A DNA stretch of 64,000 nt, from NCBI GenBank assembly GCA_951406725.2, contig OX597817.1, forward strand, positions 91,450,001 through 91,514,000, written 5' to 3'. The stretch is from Octopus vulgaris. Taxonomy: Eukaryota. Made by a program: the position numbers and the translations under genes. The notes beneath the pieces were generated by a model that did no database searches, was not told the DNA's origin, and saw only the letters and a list, made by a program, of their open reading frames with translations. Of the stretch, positions 63,940-64,000 are shown in pieces. Positions within the stretch are counted from its first letter, which is position 1, and the number at the start of each line of letters is the position of its first letter.

Positions 63940-64000
<61 letters not shown>

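Overview
AT-rich, microsatellite-laden animal genomic DNA. The repeat inventory (tRNA/CORE-type SINEs, RTE LINEs with (GAT)n tails) points to an octopus/cephalopod, which is an inference. Only two host coding exons are visible, and both are missed by the ORF track. They lie on the minus strand at 59260-59379 (...KTKLQLVDLAGSECV) and 2546-2701 ([12 protein letters not shown]...[16 protein letters not shown]) and splice in frame into the switch-II/alpha4/L12 part of a kinesin-14 KIF25-like motor domain. About 56.6 kb of the window is therefore one intron. That intron is filled with transposon remnants: RTE LINEs (one near full length, with a PHD-type finger inside ORF2), R4/Dong LINEs in (TAA)n, Tx1/L1, a Penelope-like element, Helitrons, Tc1/mariner, hAT and Merlin-like MITEs, a Gypsy LTR-gag remnant and many SINEs. 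The most unusual signals are at the RNA level: (i) tandem arrays in RTE 3' UTRs built from a conserved pseudoknot-like motif plus a variable-loop hairpin; (ii) roughly a dozen type I hammerhead-ribozyme motifs of several families, including a U3-A8 core variant and inverted hammerhead pairs. All folding was done by eye; nothing was computed or searched.
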